DNA of 64,000 nt, taken from sequence record PV730302.1. One strand, 5' to 3'. Under the pieces are notes generated by a model. The model was not told the DNA's origin and searched no databases. It saw nothing but the letters and a program-made list of their open reading frames with translations. This DNA is from a phage. Shown here in pieces: positions 1 to 8,556 of the stretch. Both the position numbers and the translations under genes were made by a program. Each line of letters begins with the position of its first letter. Position 1 is the stretch's first letter.

Positions 1-192
1 TGCACGTCCAGCATAAATCTTAGCCAAACCGATATCTTCAGTAAAGAACACACGATTTAGGTTTTTCTTACGACCGGTTTCAGACAAAACTCCTGTTTCC
101 TCAGGAGGACAAAGCATATTACCAATATTAGCAACACTACAACTTCCGTGATAATACACTTTATATTCTGCTTTACAGTCGATGGTTTTCAT
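1..192 (-). CDS. hypothetical protein, N-terminal part only (gene runs off the window start)
   Basis: ATG at 192-190 with GGAG SD 8 nt upstream; frame open to coordinate 1; N-terminus MKTIDCKAEYKVYYHGSCSV; not recognisable as T4 dmd or gene 61. Confidence 0.5.
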   Translation of the reverse strand, partial: MKTIDCKAEYKVYYHGSCSVANIGNMLCPPEETGVLSETGRKKNLNRVFFTEDIGLAKIYAGRA

Positions 193-209
193 TTTGTTCT
201 CCAAGTTGA

Positions 210-246
210 TAGGTCTATAGTATCACGCCTACAGGAGATGTAAACC
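210..246 (-). promoter_or_regulatory. early-promoter-like element (GTTTAC -35, 17-bp spacer, TACTAT -10, conserved CCTATCAAC leader)
   Basis: Minus-strand sense GTTTACATCTCCTGTAGGCGTGATACTATAGACCTATCAACTTGGAG immediately upstream of the ORF starting at 192. Confidence 0.55.
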
Positions 247-250
247 CTTA

Positions 251-277
251 AAACAAAAAAGGAGCCGAAGCTCCTTA
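251..277 (-). terminator. rho-independent terminator after gene 41
   Basis: Hairpin AAGGAGC-TTCG-GCTCCTT followed on the minus strand by a T-run (plus a-run 255-260); overlaps the gene 41 stop codon. Confidence 0.6.
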
Positions 278-1714
278 AAATTTGATAGATGCTGCTAAAT
301 CGTCCAAATCACTTCTATTAACACGTGTCTGTCGATTGACCTCGGCTTGACGATTCATCTCACCTGTAGCCTCACGAACAGTGTTCACTGGGCCTGGGTT
401 GGAATCATCTTCAACTTCGTACCAACGTTGATTTCCTTTCTTAACGCCAATCTTAAATTTGTTGTAGTAGCTCTTATCACCATAACGAGATTTAAGCTGC
501 TTAACCATCTGCATACCCATCTGAGCAAACTCTTCTGTCTCGACCACACCTAACATGAAGTCTGCAGTATGTGCAATACCAAAGGATTCAGCAATATCAG
601 CCATATCGATTTCGGCCGCAACGTTAGCACCACGAGTAGTCTGGGCTGCTGTCCACAACAATAATTTCTTCTCTACTGCAAGTCCACGTAGTTCTTCGGC
701 TACCATCTTAATCAATCCGTAACTGTTTTCAGAGAAAACTTTCGTACGAGAAGATGCACAGATGGCCAAGTAGTCGACGATAACGACCTGCGGGACAAAG
801 TTTTGTTTGAGCTTGTATTCGTTTAATAATGCACGGAAGGTATCGGCATTAGCACCACCGGTAGGATACTGTTTAATCTTTAATCGACCTAAAGTAGCAG
901 TTGAACGCCATTTATCCATCTTAGCTTTATATTCAGGCCAAGAGACGTGACCATCGTCAATATCGTCTAGTGATACATCCAGAAGGTTGGCATCGATACG
1001 CTTAGCACATACTTCCTCTGCCATCTCCATGGAGATATAAAGAACATCGTAACCAGATTGAAGGTAATCAGCAGCCAATGAACAAAGACCAAGAGACTTA
1101 CCTACGTTTGTTCCTGCCAACAATACGTTTTCAGTACCAAACTCAGCACCACCCTTGGTAATCTTATTCAGAATATTAAGACGGAATGGAACCTTACGTG
1201 CTTTATCGGAATAACTTTTGAATCGTTCTTCATAGTCATCCATCCAGTCATGACCTAATTCAGAATCGAAACAAATCGATAATGCATCACGCATGATATC
1301 CGGAATAGCACCAATACCTGGAAGTTTTCTATTTTGTTGCTCAACCGGAAGGTCGGCATTAGTTTGGATTTCAATGATTTTTGAAGTTGCATTATACATC
1401 GCTGCTTTCTGAACGTATTTCTCCGTCTCTTTAACCAACCATTCTTGGTCTTCAGGTCCGGCATTCAGCGAACTTAAAAGCTCTTTAGCGCCTTGATGTT
1501 CAACTTCTGAAAGCGTACTGTTATCTAATGCAATGCTCAGCGCGTTCTTAGAAGGCACTGCATTATATTCATTGACATGTTTTTTAATTTCTTTGAAAAG
1601 GGTCTTTGCCGGACCCTGGTCAAAATAAGAATCATTCATATAAGGCCAGACCTTAGTGAAATAATCACTATTGCCTAGCAGTTGAGCCAAAATAGTTTCT
1701 ACCACTTCCACCAC
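275..1714 (-). CDS. 41: replicative DNA helicase gp41 (DnaB family)
   Basis: 479 aa; N-terminus MVEVVETIL and Walker A GTNVGKS align with recalled T4 gp41 along the full length; GTG start codon at 1714-1712. Confidence 0.93.
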   Translation of the reverse strand: MVEVVETILAQLLGNSDYFTKVWPYMNDSYFDQGPAKTLFKEIKKHVNEYNAVPSKNALSIALDNSTLSEVEHQGAKELLSSLNAGPEDQEWLVKETEKYVQKAAMYNATSKIIEIQTNADLPVEQQNRKLPGIGAIPDIMRDALSICFDSELGHDWMDDYEERFKSYSDKARKVPFRLNILNKITKGGAEFGTENVLLAGTNVGKSLGLCSLAADYLQSGYDVLYISMEMAEEVCAKRIDANLLDVSLDDIDDGHVSWPEYKAKMDKWRSTATLGRLKIKQYPTGGANADTFRALLNEYKLKQNFVPQVVIVDYLAICASSRTKVFSENSYGLIKMVAEELRGLAVEKKLLLWTAAQTTRGANVAAEIDMADIAESFGIAHTADFMLGVVETEEFAQMGMQMVKQLKSRYGDKSYYNKFKIGVKKGNQRWYEVEDDSNPGPVNTVREATGEMNRQAEVNRQTRVNRSDLDDLAASIKF

Positions 1715-2034
1715 CTCTTAGATTTAATTTTATCCAGTTCTTCTTGTATTTGCATTGTAACACATTTTTCTACATGAAGCGCTAGCTCTTCTTTTCGGTC
1801 TTCGGAAGGTGTTCCGAAATCAACCGACACTTTTCCATCTTTCTCAATAACAATATTCATCACATAAACGATGTGAGCAGTGCCATCGGGTAAAGTAAGC
1901 ATAATTTCCTGCTTAACAGAACCCATTGACTTACGGATTATATCTAATGATTTCTCATAATAACGAGGGTCACTAGGACCCTCTTCGGTATCTTTAACAA
2001 AATTATCTAAATCAGATAAATCAGTCATGGTCAC
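1699..2034 (-). CDS. 40: small protein in the gene 40 position (gp40-like, head vertex assembly)
   Basis: 111-aa ORF between uvsX and 41 as in T4; assignment by synteny only; first ATG is at 2028, the track start at 2034 is GTG. Confidence 0.45.
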   Translation of the reverse strand: MTMTDLSDLDNFVKDTEEGPSDPRYYEKSLDIIRKSMGSVKQEIMLTLPDGTAHIVYVMNIVIEKDGKVSVDFGTPSEDRKEELALHVEKCVTMQIQEELDKIKSKRWWKW

Positions 2035-3202
2035 TCACAAAATTCATATTTTCTAAATCGTTTTCGATATCAGCAGCGCTTTGGGTATTTCCGCTTAATT
2101 TAACAGCAACGTTCTTAGAGACACGAGAGTTAATAAGGTCGTTCACTGCATCGTCAACTTCTTTAATAGAATTAATTGCACCAAGCTTATACTTATTCTC
2201 GATTGCTTCACGGAACGGAGCATGTTTAAACAGCGGTCCCCAGAACTCAACACAATCGGTAGCTTTAGCACGCCATGCTTTTTCTTCTTGAACCATTTCG
2301 CCTGTGGTTTCGTCAAGGAATGCACGATTATACCAACCAGCTTTAGGTTTCACAACAAAACCGATATCAGTAGCCATTTCAAGCAATCCACTGAATGGGT
2401 CAATGCCGCCTTCGAAGTTAACGGTGATAGGGAATGTTGATTTCTCTTTAACCGTACGAGATTTCTCTGCCTTCAGTGTGAAGTCGTAACCTGTGAGCTC
2501 GGTACCATCTTTAACCTGACGTTTAGAGATAAAGAACACGGTAGAAGCAGAGTACAGAATACCAGTACCACCACCCATAATCTCTTTAGGATACATTCCA
2601 CCAATTTCCATAGCCGTATGGTTGATTGCTACGCAAGGAATATCCTTGATGGTCAGATAAGGCGTTACGATACGGAACAGAGATTTCAGTGACTTAGCAC
2701 GAGTCATATCACCTACAACTTTCTCGTTCAAAGCATCTTCGGTTTCTTTCTTAGAAGCGGTGTTACCAATGGAGTCGATAAAGATAATAACCTTTTCGCC
2801 ACGAGTAATTTCTTCTAACTGGTTGGTCATATCAACCTTCAGCTGTTCGACTGACTGGATTGGTGTATGAACCACACGTTCCAAATCAACACCCATCGAA
2901 CGGAAATAAGATTCTGAAGCACCAAACTCAGAGTCATAGAACAAACAAATTGCGTCTGGATATTTCTTCATATATGCCGCAACCATGGTAAGTCCAAACA
3001 ACGTTTTAAAGTGTTTAGATGGAGCAGCAAAGATTGTCAAACCTGATTGTAAGCCTGCATTCAACGCACCACCTAATGCAATATTCAGCATAGGGATACG
3101 AGTAGGAACTTCGTCACGACCATTAAACAATTTAGATTTGGTCAGGTCGGCAGTCATTTTAGAAGTAGAAGCTTTAATCAAACGGGATTTTAAATCAGAC
3201 AT
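2021..3202 (-). CDS. uvsX: UvsX recombinase (RecA/Rad51 family)
   Basis: 393 aa; ATG at 3202; high similarity to recalled T4 UvsX over the whole length. Confidence 0.93.
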   Translation of the reverse strand: MSDLKSRLIKASTSKMTADLTKSKLFNGRDEVPTRIPMLNIALGGALNAGLQSGLTIFAAPSKHFKTLFGLTMVAAYMKKYPDAICLFYDSEFGASESYFRSMGVDLERVVHTPIQSVEQLKVDMTNQLEEITRGEKVIIFIDSIGNTASKKETEDALNEKVVGDMTRAKSLKSLFRIVTPYLTIKDIPCVAINHTAMEIGGMYPKEIMGGGTGILYSASTVFFISKRQVKDGTELTGYDFTLKAEKSRTVKEKSTFPITVNFEGGIDPFSGLLEMATDIGFVVKPKAGWYNRAFLDETTGEMVQEEKAWRAKATDCVEFWGPLFKHAPFREAIENKYKLGAINSIKEVDDAVNDLINSRVSKNVAVKLSGNTQSAADIENDLENMNFVSDHD

Positions 3203-3279
3203 TATATTTTTCCATAGGCATCATTATATTTTACTCACGTTTTAAGATAGGGTAATTATATCACTTCACATTTACAGCG

Positions 3280-3411
3280 TTATTTTATTCCTCGGTTGAT
3301 AGCCTTATCGACTATCTTCCGGACTTCTCGTTTCTCGAGCCAGCATAATAATAACAAGGCTCCGAAAGAGAATAATAACAAACCTATAAAAAGCAATAAA
3401 GGACCTAGCAT
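3280..3411 (-). CDS. small hydrophobic peptide (43 aa), putative
   Basis: ATG 3411-3409 with GAGGA SD 8 nt upstream; translation MLGPLLLFIGLLLFSFGALLLLCWLEKREVRKIVDKAINRGIK; below the ORF-track size cutoff. Confidence 0.3.
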   Translation of the reverse strand: MLGPLLLFIGLLLFSFGALLLLCWLEKREVRKIVDKAINRGIK

Positions 3412-4298
3412 ACTACGTCCTCATAACTTGGCATTTCGTGCTCAGAATGGATATGGGCGCCGAAATAAATGAATTCAGCTAGACCAGGATGGAATACTAA
3501 ACCTGGGTTCTCATGATAAATGATATGAGGTCTTGATTTCAGAATCTGATAATATTCAACCTTACTCGGTTTGAATTTAATAATCTCTACATCAGGACGA
3601 TAGTCTTCACGTTTAAACGAATCATTCGGGTCGGTTATATAAAGACGAGCACCTTCAGCCGCAGCTTGGTCTACAACTCTTTCGAATTGATAACACTTAT
3701 CCGAAATACGGAATGGGTGGAAAATACCATCAATTTTAATAGGCGCTAGGCCTTCAGAGTAACGCTCAATTACTGCCGGATTAATTACCTTTTGGTCTAC
3801 AAAAATCTTATCAGAGGACGCACCTCGTGACACCAGGACGTCTTTCTGACATTGATTCAGGACTGTGGTATAAATCGAACGTTCAACTGAGGACACGTCG
3901 GTATCAATAAACTCGTCGATATAATAACGAGGAACTTCAGGGTCCATTGTAATGTTAAAGTTGAATTGTACAGTCTGAGTGCCATCATAACCTGTGATAT
4001 CGGTTACCAATCCTGAGCAGTCATAGTATTCGATTAACGAATCAACAACGAACTCGTTTTCAGACCAAAAATGTTTACGAGTTTCATAAGCATTTTCTTT
4101 ATACCAAAGCGGTACAAAATTCAGTTCAGGAAATAATTCAATGCATTCTTTGATATCGCTCGAATTTCTAGGATAAGCCAGATAATCACCTGGGCAAGCA
4201 CGGTTTAAATGGAGTTGAAAATTACCGTCCTTAAGGACGGCATATTCACCTGTTTCGTAACTACGCATACTGAAAATAGGAACGATAAACAAACTCAT
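3405..4298 (-). CDS. hypothetical protein (297 aa) occupying the T4 beta-glucosyltransferase slot
   Basis: ATG 4298-4296 overlaps the gene 42 stop (ATGA coupling); no similarity to recalled T4 beta-gt; no obvious motifs. Confidence 0.6.
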   Translation of the reverse strand: MSLFIVPIFSMRSYETGEYAVLKDGNFQLHLNRACPGDYLAYPRNSSDIKECIELFPELNFVPLWYKENAYETRKHFWSENEFVVDSLIEYYDCSGLVTDITGYDGTQTVQFNFNITMDPEVPRYYIDEFIDTDVSSVERSIYTTVLNQCQKDVLVSRGASSDKIFVDQKVINPAVIERYSEGLAPIKIDGIFHPFRISDKCYQFERVVDQAAAEGARLYITDPNDSFKREDYRPDVEIIKFKPSKVEYYQILKSRPHIIYHENPGLVFHPGLAEFIYFGAHIHSEHEMPSYEDVVC

Positions 4299-4993
4299 TT
4301 CAGGAATCCTCGAACGTAGTCAAAATCACGTTCAAATACGTGTGCACTAACCATAGTATGGGAATACGTACCCAGACCAACACCACACTGTTCAGCAATA
4401 AAGGCCATCAGTTTACCCTGCAGATAGAAATCCAGCTGCATAACGATAGCACAGTTCTGTGAACGCATATGAGTATGTGCATACAGACGTCCATCACGAA
4501 TATAATATGTCACCGAATCGGTACATGGGTATTCTAAGGATTCGTCAGAATCAAGGAGGGCCTGGTCTTGTTCTTGGAGAATTTGGAACACAACTCGTCT
4601 TGAGTTAGGCTTCTCTTTAAGCTCTTTAAGTAGGGCCGGGAGTTGGGCCACAATTCGAGGTCCATAGAAAGTGTTGAAGTTTGCAGGCAATACGTCACTT
4701 TTCGGCTTATCAATGAACTTAGCAACATTAGGATATTCCTTAAATGCTTCAGCAGCGTCAGTACCACCAGAAATCATAAACTTCCAAAAGGATTCGGCAT
4801 AATCATAGTTGATACGATTAATACGAGGGTCGGTGAATTTATAGGTGCTTGCATCCAGTACTTCTACCGAAGCAGAACCAATTTCATAACAACGGCCGAT
4901 ACGAGAATCAACTGCAAACTGTGGAGCTTCCAGGATTTCTTCGTTCATTTGCTTAAACGCGTTTTCAAAACTAACAGCGGTAATGTGTTTCAT
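4295..4993 (-). CDS. 42: dCMP hydroxymethylase-like enzyme (thymidylate synthase superfamily, gp42 homolog)
   Basis: 232 aa; KPNSRRVVF, YPCTDSVTYYIRD and MRSQN...QLD align with T4 gp42 NPDSRRGIMIY, CTNTVQYLIRD and RSND...RND; the aspartate that T4 uses for cytosine specificity is conserved; SD AAGGTGA. Confidence 0.85.
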   Translation of the reverse strand: MKHITAVSFENAFKQMNEEILEAPQFAVDSRIGRCYEIGSASVEVLDASTYKFTDPRINRINYDYAESFWKFMISGGTDAAEAFKEYPNVAKFIDKPKSDVLPANFNTFYGPRIVAQLPALLKELKEKPNSRRVVFQILQEQDQALLDSDESLEYPCTDSVTYYIRDGRLYAHTHMRSQNCAIVMQLDFYLQGKLMAFIAEQCGVGLGTYSHTMVSAHVFERDFDYVRGFLK

Positions 4994-5526
4994 TTATTCA
5001 CCTTATTTTCAATATATTCATTCAGACGTTTTAATTCTACCATATCGACGTTAAGCAAGTTATTATGGCCGTCGTGATTTAAGATTTTAAACACGTTTTC
5101 AAAACATGTTTCATATTGCCGGATAGTTAGGTTGAACTCATCTTTGGTTAATTTAATAAGGTCATCTTCAAAGTCTTTATCTAATGGATTACGGGTTAAA
5201 ATAACCTCAATAATATTGAATTCTTTTTTGAAATCAATCCAATCTGCTAATTCTACATAAGGGTCCATTTCACCACGAAGGAATCCCGAGTAAACAATAT
5301 TACTAGGATACCCACGGTCTAAGATGTAGACAAAATTAGGGTCTAAAAACTTATACAACGTCTCGACTAAAGCCTTGTCATTATCAGTCCCTAATGAAAT
5401 GCATTTGCCGTTAATCTTTTTAGGGAAATCGATAAGACGATATTTCTTATCAGATAAAAGTGATTCAATTAAAGTAGACTTCCCGGAATTATCCGGGCCG
5501 TCGATAACAATGATTTTTGGTTTCAC
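4990..5526 (-). CDS. P-loop nucleotide kinase, thymidylate-kinase/deoxynucleoside-kinase-like
   Basis: 178 aa; Walker A IDGPDNSGKST and DRG(Y) motif; GTG start overlapping the HAD stop (GTGA); stop overlaps the gene 42 ATG (ATGA). Confidence 0.7.
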   Translation of the reverse strand: MKPKIIVIDGPDNSGKSTLIESLLSDKKYRLIDFPKKINGKCISLGTDNDKALVETLYKFLDPNFVYILDRGYPSNIVYSGFLRGEMDPYVELADWIDFKKEFNIIEVILTRNPLDKDFEDDLIKLTKDEFNLTIRQYETCFENVFKILNHDGHNNLLNVDMVELKRLNEYIENKVNK

Positions 5527-5882
5527 GGATGATATGCCTTATAGGTTTCAAGAGTTCCTTCACGAACCATTTCTTTAAAGTGGTCAGGACGGATTGCTCG
5601 GTCATCGATGATAAAAGTATAACTCGGCTTATGTGTAAGCAGATTGTGATATTTCAATCCAATCTTTTCAAGGTTCTTAACTAATGCAGGAACTACTTCA
5701 ACCAAGATTCGACCCGGGCCGCATGAAGTCATACCACGGGCAGTGAACAAGGTAATCTCGTACCCTTCATCATAAAGCTTATTAATCATGGACACCATTT
5801 CGGTGTCCGGTTTAAAGTTTTCGTAATCACGGTCATCTTGCCAGTGAGTAATGGTATTATCGATATCAAAACACAGATGCAT
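5523..5882 (-). CDS. HAD-superfamily phosphatase (small)
   Basis: Motif I DIDNT near the N-terminus; start taken at the ATG at 5882-5880 overlapping the upstream stop (TAATG) rather than the track start at 5897. Confidence 0.65.
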   Translation of the reverse strand: MHLCFDIDNTITHWQDDRDYENFKPDTEMVSMINKLYDEGYEITLFTARGMTSCGPGRILVEVVPALVKNLEKIGLKYHNLLTHKPSYTFIIDDRAIRPDHFKEMVREGTLETYKAYHP

Positions 5883-7555
5883 TAAATTTTCTTCCATTGT
5901 TTGTGGAGTTCGGTAGAACCTGTAGGTTTATATTTTACACCAGTTTCTTGGTCAAGCAAAACCCACTTATCAGGACAACGAGTGATAATTTGAGCCGTGA
6001 TAGGGTCACGAACTTCATCAACGAATTCACCTGTGATAAGCTTACGCTTACGAGGATGCCGCTTCAGCAGCACACTCAATTGATATAGACCGTTGTAATA
6101 AGCACCCAGAGCTTTCAGAGGGTTATTTTTAAAGTAACCTGCCAATGCCATCCAGATAACAGCAATCCAGAGCTTGTGCTTAAATGTACACATCGGAATA
6201 TCATCTAAAGGCATAACCTTTTCAATATCAACGAATACACGAGTTCCGTTACGAGTTAAGCCACCCCATAGAGGGTCAGAGTTAAATTTGTCATAACCAT
6301 CGATAGAATAAAGCACCTTAGCTTCATCATAAATCGCAGGGCCTTTAGAACTATTACCAAAATAACCACGTGGGTCGATGATTTTAATATTACCTTCGTC
6401 CGACAACATAATATTACTGTAGTGCGGGTCGCCATGAATAAGTTGGTACGGTTCTTTATGTTCAGACAGAATTTCTAAGGCGTGACGAAGAAGTTTTTCC
6501 GGGTCGCCTACCTTAAAGTCATTGACATGGGTAATGCCCTGTGGAGCAAAGCCTTCAATCAATCCAGCAATAGAAGCATTACGAATAAGGACCTTGTCCA
6601 ATACTTCTTTCTTAACATCAGAATACCATTGCTCATCAGATGGATTATCGATGGTTCCACCAAATGAACGTAATGCACTAATGACCTTATAAACCATGAG
6701 GACTTTAGTTTCTTTAGACATAAACCGGTAGGCATCTGCCATGGTGCGTCCAAAGATACGTTCCATTTTAATGAATTCACCTGGAGCAAAGTCTACAATG
6801 CTCGGAACGAATTCAGAATCAATAGAATTGTACCAATTGATTTCTTTAGATTGGATTTCTTTACCTAATTCGTTAGTTGGTACTTTAATAGCCAGATTCT
6901 CAGTGAACTCTAATTTATTAAATTCACGGTTAATTTCAGAATCTTCATGGGCCTTAGCCAGTTTCAATTTGTCACCGACATCAACCACAAAGTCCAGCTT
7001 ACGTTCAGTCAAATGGACCATCGAATCCAGGTTGTCGGCAAGGTCTTCGCCATAATACAGACCGTTAAAACCTGTCCAATTGGCTACTTGATACAAACCA
7101 ACCACACCGCCACCAGTACCAATTTCACGCAAGTATGGTTCTTCAAATGTAAAACGACAGTCAGTCCCATAGGTATAACAGTAGTCGTTATCCCACTCAA
7201 CCTTATAACCTTCAGGAATAATATCACACCAGTTAAACAAGACATTGTGCCCGATGATATCTTCAGCAATGCAATCGATAGCATGAGCTGAACCATTGGC
7301 CACATCTACGTTACGAATAGTGAATTTAGGCTTATCACTATTAATCATATTAATGGATTTAATATAGCCTTTAACGAGGTCGTTAAATTTGCTGTGAATA
7401 ACCAGAATAATTTCATCCGATTGGTTACTATACAAATCGTACAAATGTTTTAATACGGTATGTTGTTTGTAGTTAACCAGTACCTTCGGGATTTCGTTGG
7501 TAATTGGATACAACCGTGAGCCAAGACCCGCGCCTAAAATAACAACCTTTTTCAT
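5882..7555 (-). CDS. bifunctional sugar-1-phosphate nucleotidyltransferase (N-terminal, RmlA-like) / APH-choline-kinase-like phosphotransferase (C-terminal)
   Basis: N-terminal VVILGAGLGSRLYPITNEIPKVL is a classic NTP-transferase signature; C-terminal HGDPHYSN and IIDPRG resemble the APH/ChoK catalytic loop; start at ATG 7555 with GAGGAA SD. Confidence 0.75.
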   Translation of the reverse strand: MKKVVILGAGLGSRLYPITNEIPKVLVNYKQHTVLKHLYDLYSNQSDEIILVIHSKFNDLVKGYIKSINMINSDKPKFTIRNVDVANGSAHAIDCIAEDIIGHNVLFNWCDIIPEGYKVEWDNDYCYTYGTDCRFTFEEPYLREIGTGGGVVGLYQVANWTGFNGLYYGEDLADNLDSMVHLTERKLDFVVDVGDKLKLAKAHEDSEINREFNKLEFTENLAIKVPTNELGKEIQSKEINWYNSIDSEFVPSIVDFAPGEFIKMERIFGRTMADAYRFMSKETKVLMVYKVISALRSFGGTIDNPSDEQWYSDVKKEVLDKVLIRNASIAGLIEGFAPQGITHVNDFKVGDPEKLLRHALEILSEHKEPYQLIHGDPHYSNIMLSDEGNIKIIDPRGYFGNSSKGPAIYDEAKVLYSIDGYDKFNSDPLWGGLTRNGTRVFVDIEKVMPLDDIPMCTFKHKLWIAVIWMALAGYFKNNPLKALGAYYNGLYQLSVLLKRHPRKRKLITGEFVDEVRDPITAQIITRCPDKWVLLDQETGVKYKPTGSTELHKQWKKI

Positions 7556-7615
7556 TATCTGTTCCTCAAGTGAATGTAGGTACATTATACACTATTTTTA
7601 ATAAATTGGTATTGC

Positions 7616-8116
7616 TTAAATCTTATCTTTACCGATTTCAATACACTGTTCTATTGCCGCCGGTACTTTGGTCTTGAGCTTATCGATTTGTTTCTTATAA
7701 TCACGAGCTTTACCGAAGCTCTCAGTTTCGAGCATTTCGTAATAACGAGCTTCATGGATAGAAATCTGTAGATTGATATGGTTTACGCACATCGCATACA
7801 GTTTCTGCTTTTTGTACAAATCATCTTGGCGCTTCATTTCTGCCTGGTGTTTGGCTAGTACCGCTTCACGCTTGGACTCTTGTTCACGTTGGAATTCGAT
7901 TTCTCGTTGAGCATATTTTGCACAGTTATTACCACATTGATTATTAGCTCGGGTATACACAAGTCCAGAACCAGCACGGAATTTCATTTCGCCATCGAAT
8001 TGTTTCTGTTCAGCCGCGATACGAGCTTTACCAACTTCATCAGCCGAAACTGCATCACCATATTGGACCGCGCAACCTGATAGGAGCATACTCATTGCGA
8101 TAATTAACTTTTTCAT
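7616..8116 (-). CDS. putative lipoprotein (166 aa), function unknown
   Basis: Signal peptide with lipobox MLLSGC; ATG 8116 with GAGGA SD; charged coiled-coil-like body. Confidence 0.65.
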   Translation of the reverse strand: MKKLIIAMSMLLSGCAVQYGDAVSADEVGKARIAAEQKQFDGEMKFRAGSGLVYTRANNQCGNNCAKYAQREIEFQREQESKREAVLAKHQAEMKRQDDLYKKQKLYAMCVNHINLQISIHEARYYEMLETESFGKARDYKKQIDKLKTKVPAAIEQCIEIGKDKI

Positions 8117-8123
8117 AATATCC

Positions 8124-8261
8124 TCAATTAAAACAGTTATACTTAATTTGTGCTATAAGAATAATCCATCCGATGATTAGTGTCGGAATCATTGGCGGGA
8201 TTGCCACTGCCCAATAAATGGTAAAGGCAGCCATTATAAGAAATAAAACAATTATTTTCAT
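8124..8261 (-). CDS. small membrane peptide (45 aa), putative (imm.1 position)
   Basis: ATG 8261-8259 overlaps the imm stop (ATGA); translation MKIIVLFLIMAAFTIYWAVAIPPMIPTLIIGWIILIAQIKYNCFN. Confidence 0.4.
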   Translation of the reverse strand: MKIIVLFLIMAAFTIYWAVAIPPMIPTLIIGWIILIAQIKYNCFN

Positions 8262-8494
8262 TGTTTAACAATAATGATTTGTGCGTTTGATTTACGTTCA
8301 GCGACGATAGCCCAGATTAAAGCCACTACCCAACCAATCATCGTCCAGCCTAACAGGAGATTAAGGAAGAAAATTCCTACATTACTACGAGTGCCTCGCA
8401 GAAGAGCCAGAATCCATGGTAAAAAGTAACCGATGAACATAATAACCAGAGAACCGAATCCTAAAACACCAGCACTAACGATTAAAGCTTCCAT
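8258..8494 (-). CDS. imm: superinfection immunity protein Imm-like small membrane protein
   Basis: 78 aa with two predicted TM helices; position between 43 and 42 as in T4; SD GAGGAAA; early promoter upstream. Confidence 0.7.
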   Translation of the reverse strand: MEALIVSAGVLGFGSLVIMFIGYFLPWILALLRGTRSNVGIFFLNLLLGWTMIGWVVALIWAIVAERKSNAQIIIVKQ

Positions 8495-8497
8495 TGT

Positions 8498-8554
8498 AAT
8501 TTCCTCATGTAGTTGATAGGAAGGATACTACCACGTTCCTTGTGGTATGTAAAC
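8498..8554 (-). promoter_or_regulatory. early-promoter-like element upstream of imm
   Basis: Minus-strand GTTTACATACCACAAGGAACGTGGTAGTATCCTTCCTATCAACTAC; -35 GTTTAC, 17-bp spacer, -10 TAGTAT. Confidence 0.55.
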
Positions 8555-8556
8555 AC

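Noticed and set aside
347-553. Plus-strand ORFs from the six-frame track lying antisense inside minus-strand genes (for example 347-553, 2222-2440, 9097-9318, 16849-17217, 41522-41998, 54389-54688)
   Set aside because: All overlap strongly supported minus-strand genes on the opposite strand, lack Shine-Dalgarno sequences and have low-complexity translations typical of antisense frames.
3203-3279. MotA-dependent middle promoter upstream of uvsX
   Set aside because: Two TATAAT-like -10 elements exist, but the upstream box (CGCTGTAAA) is a poor match to the MotA box.
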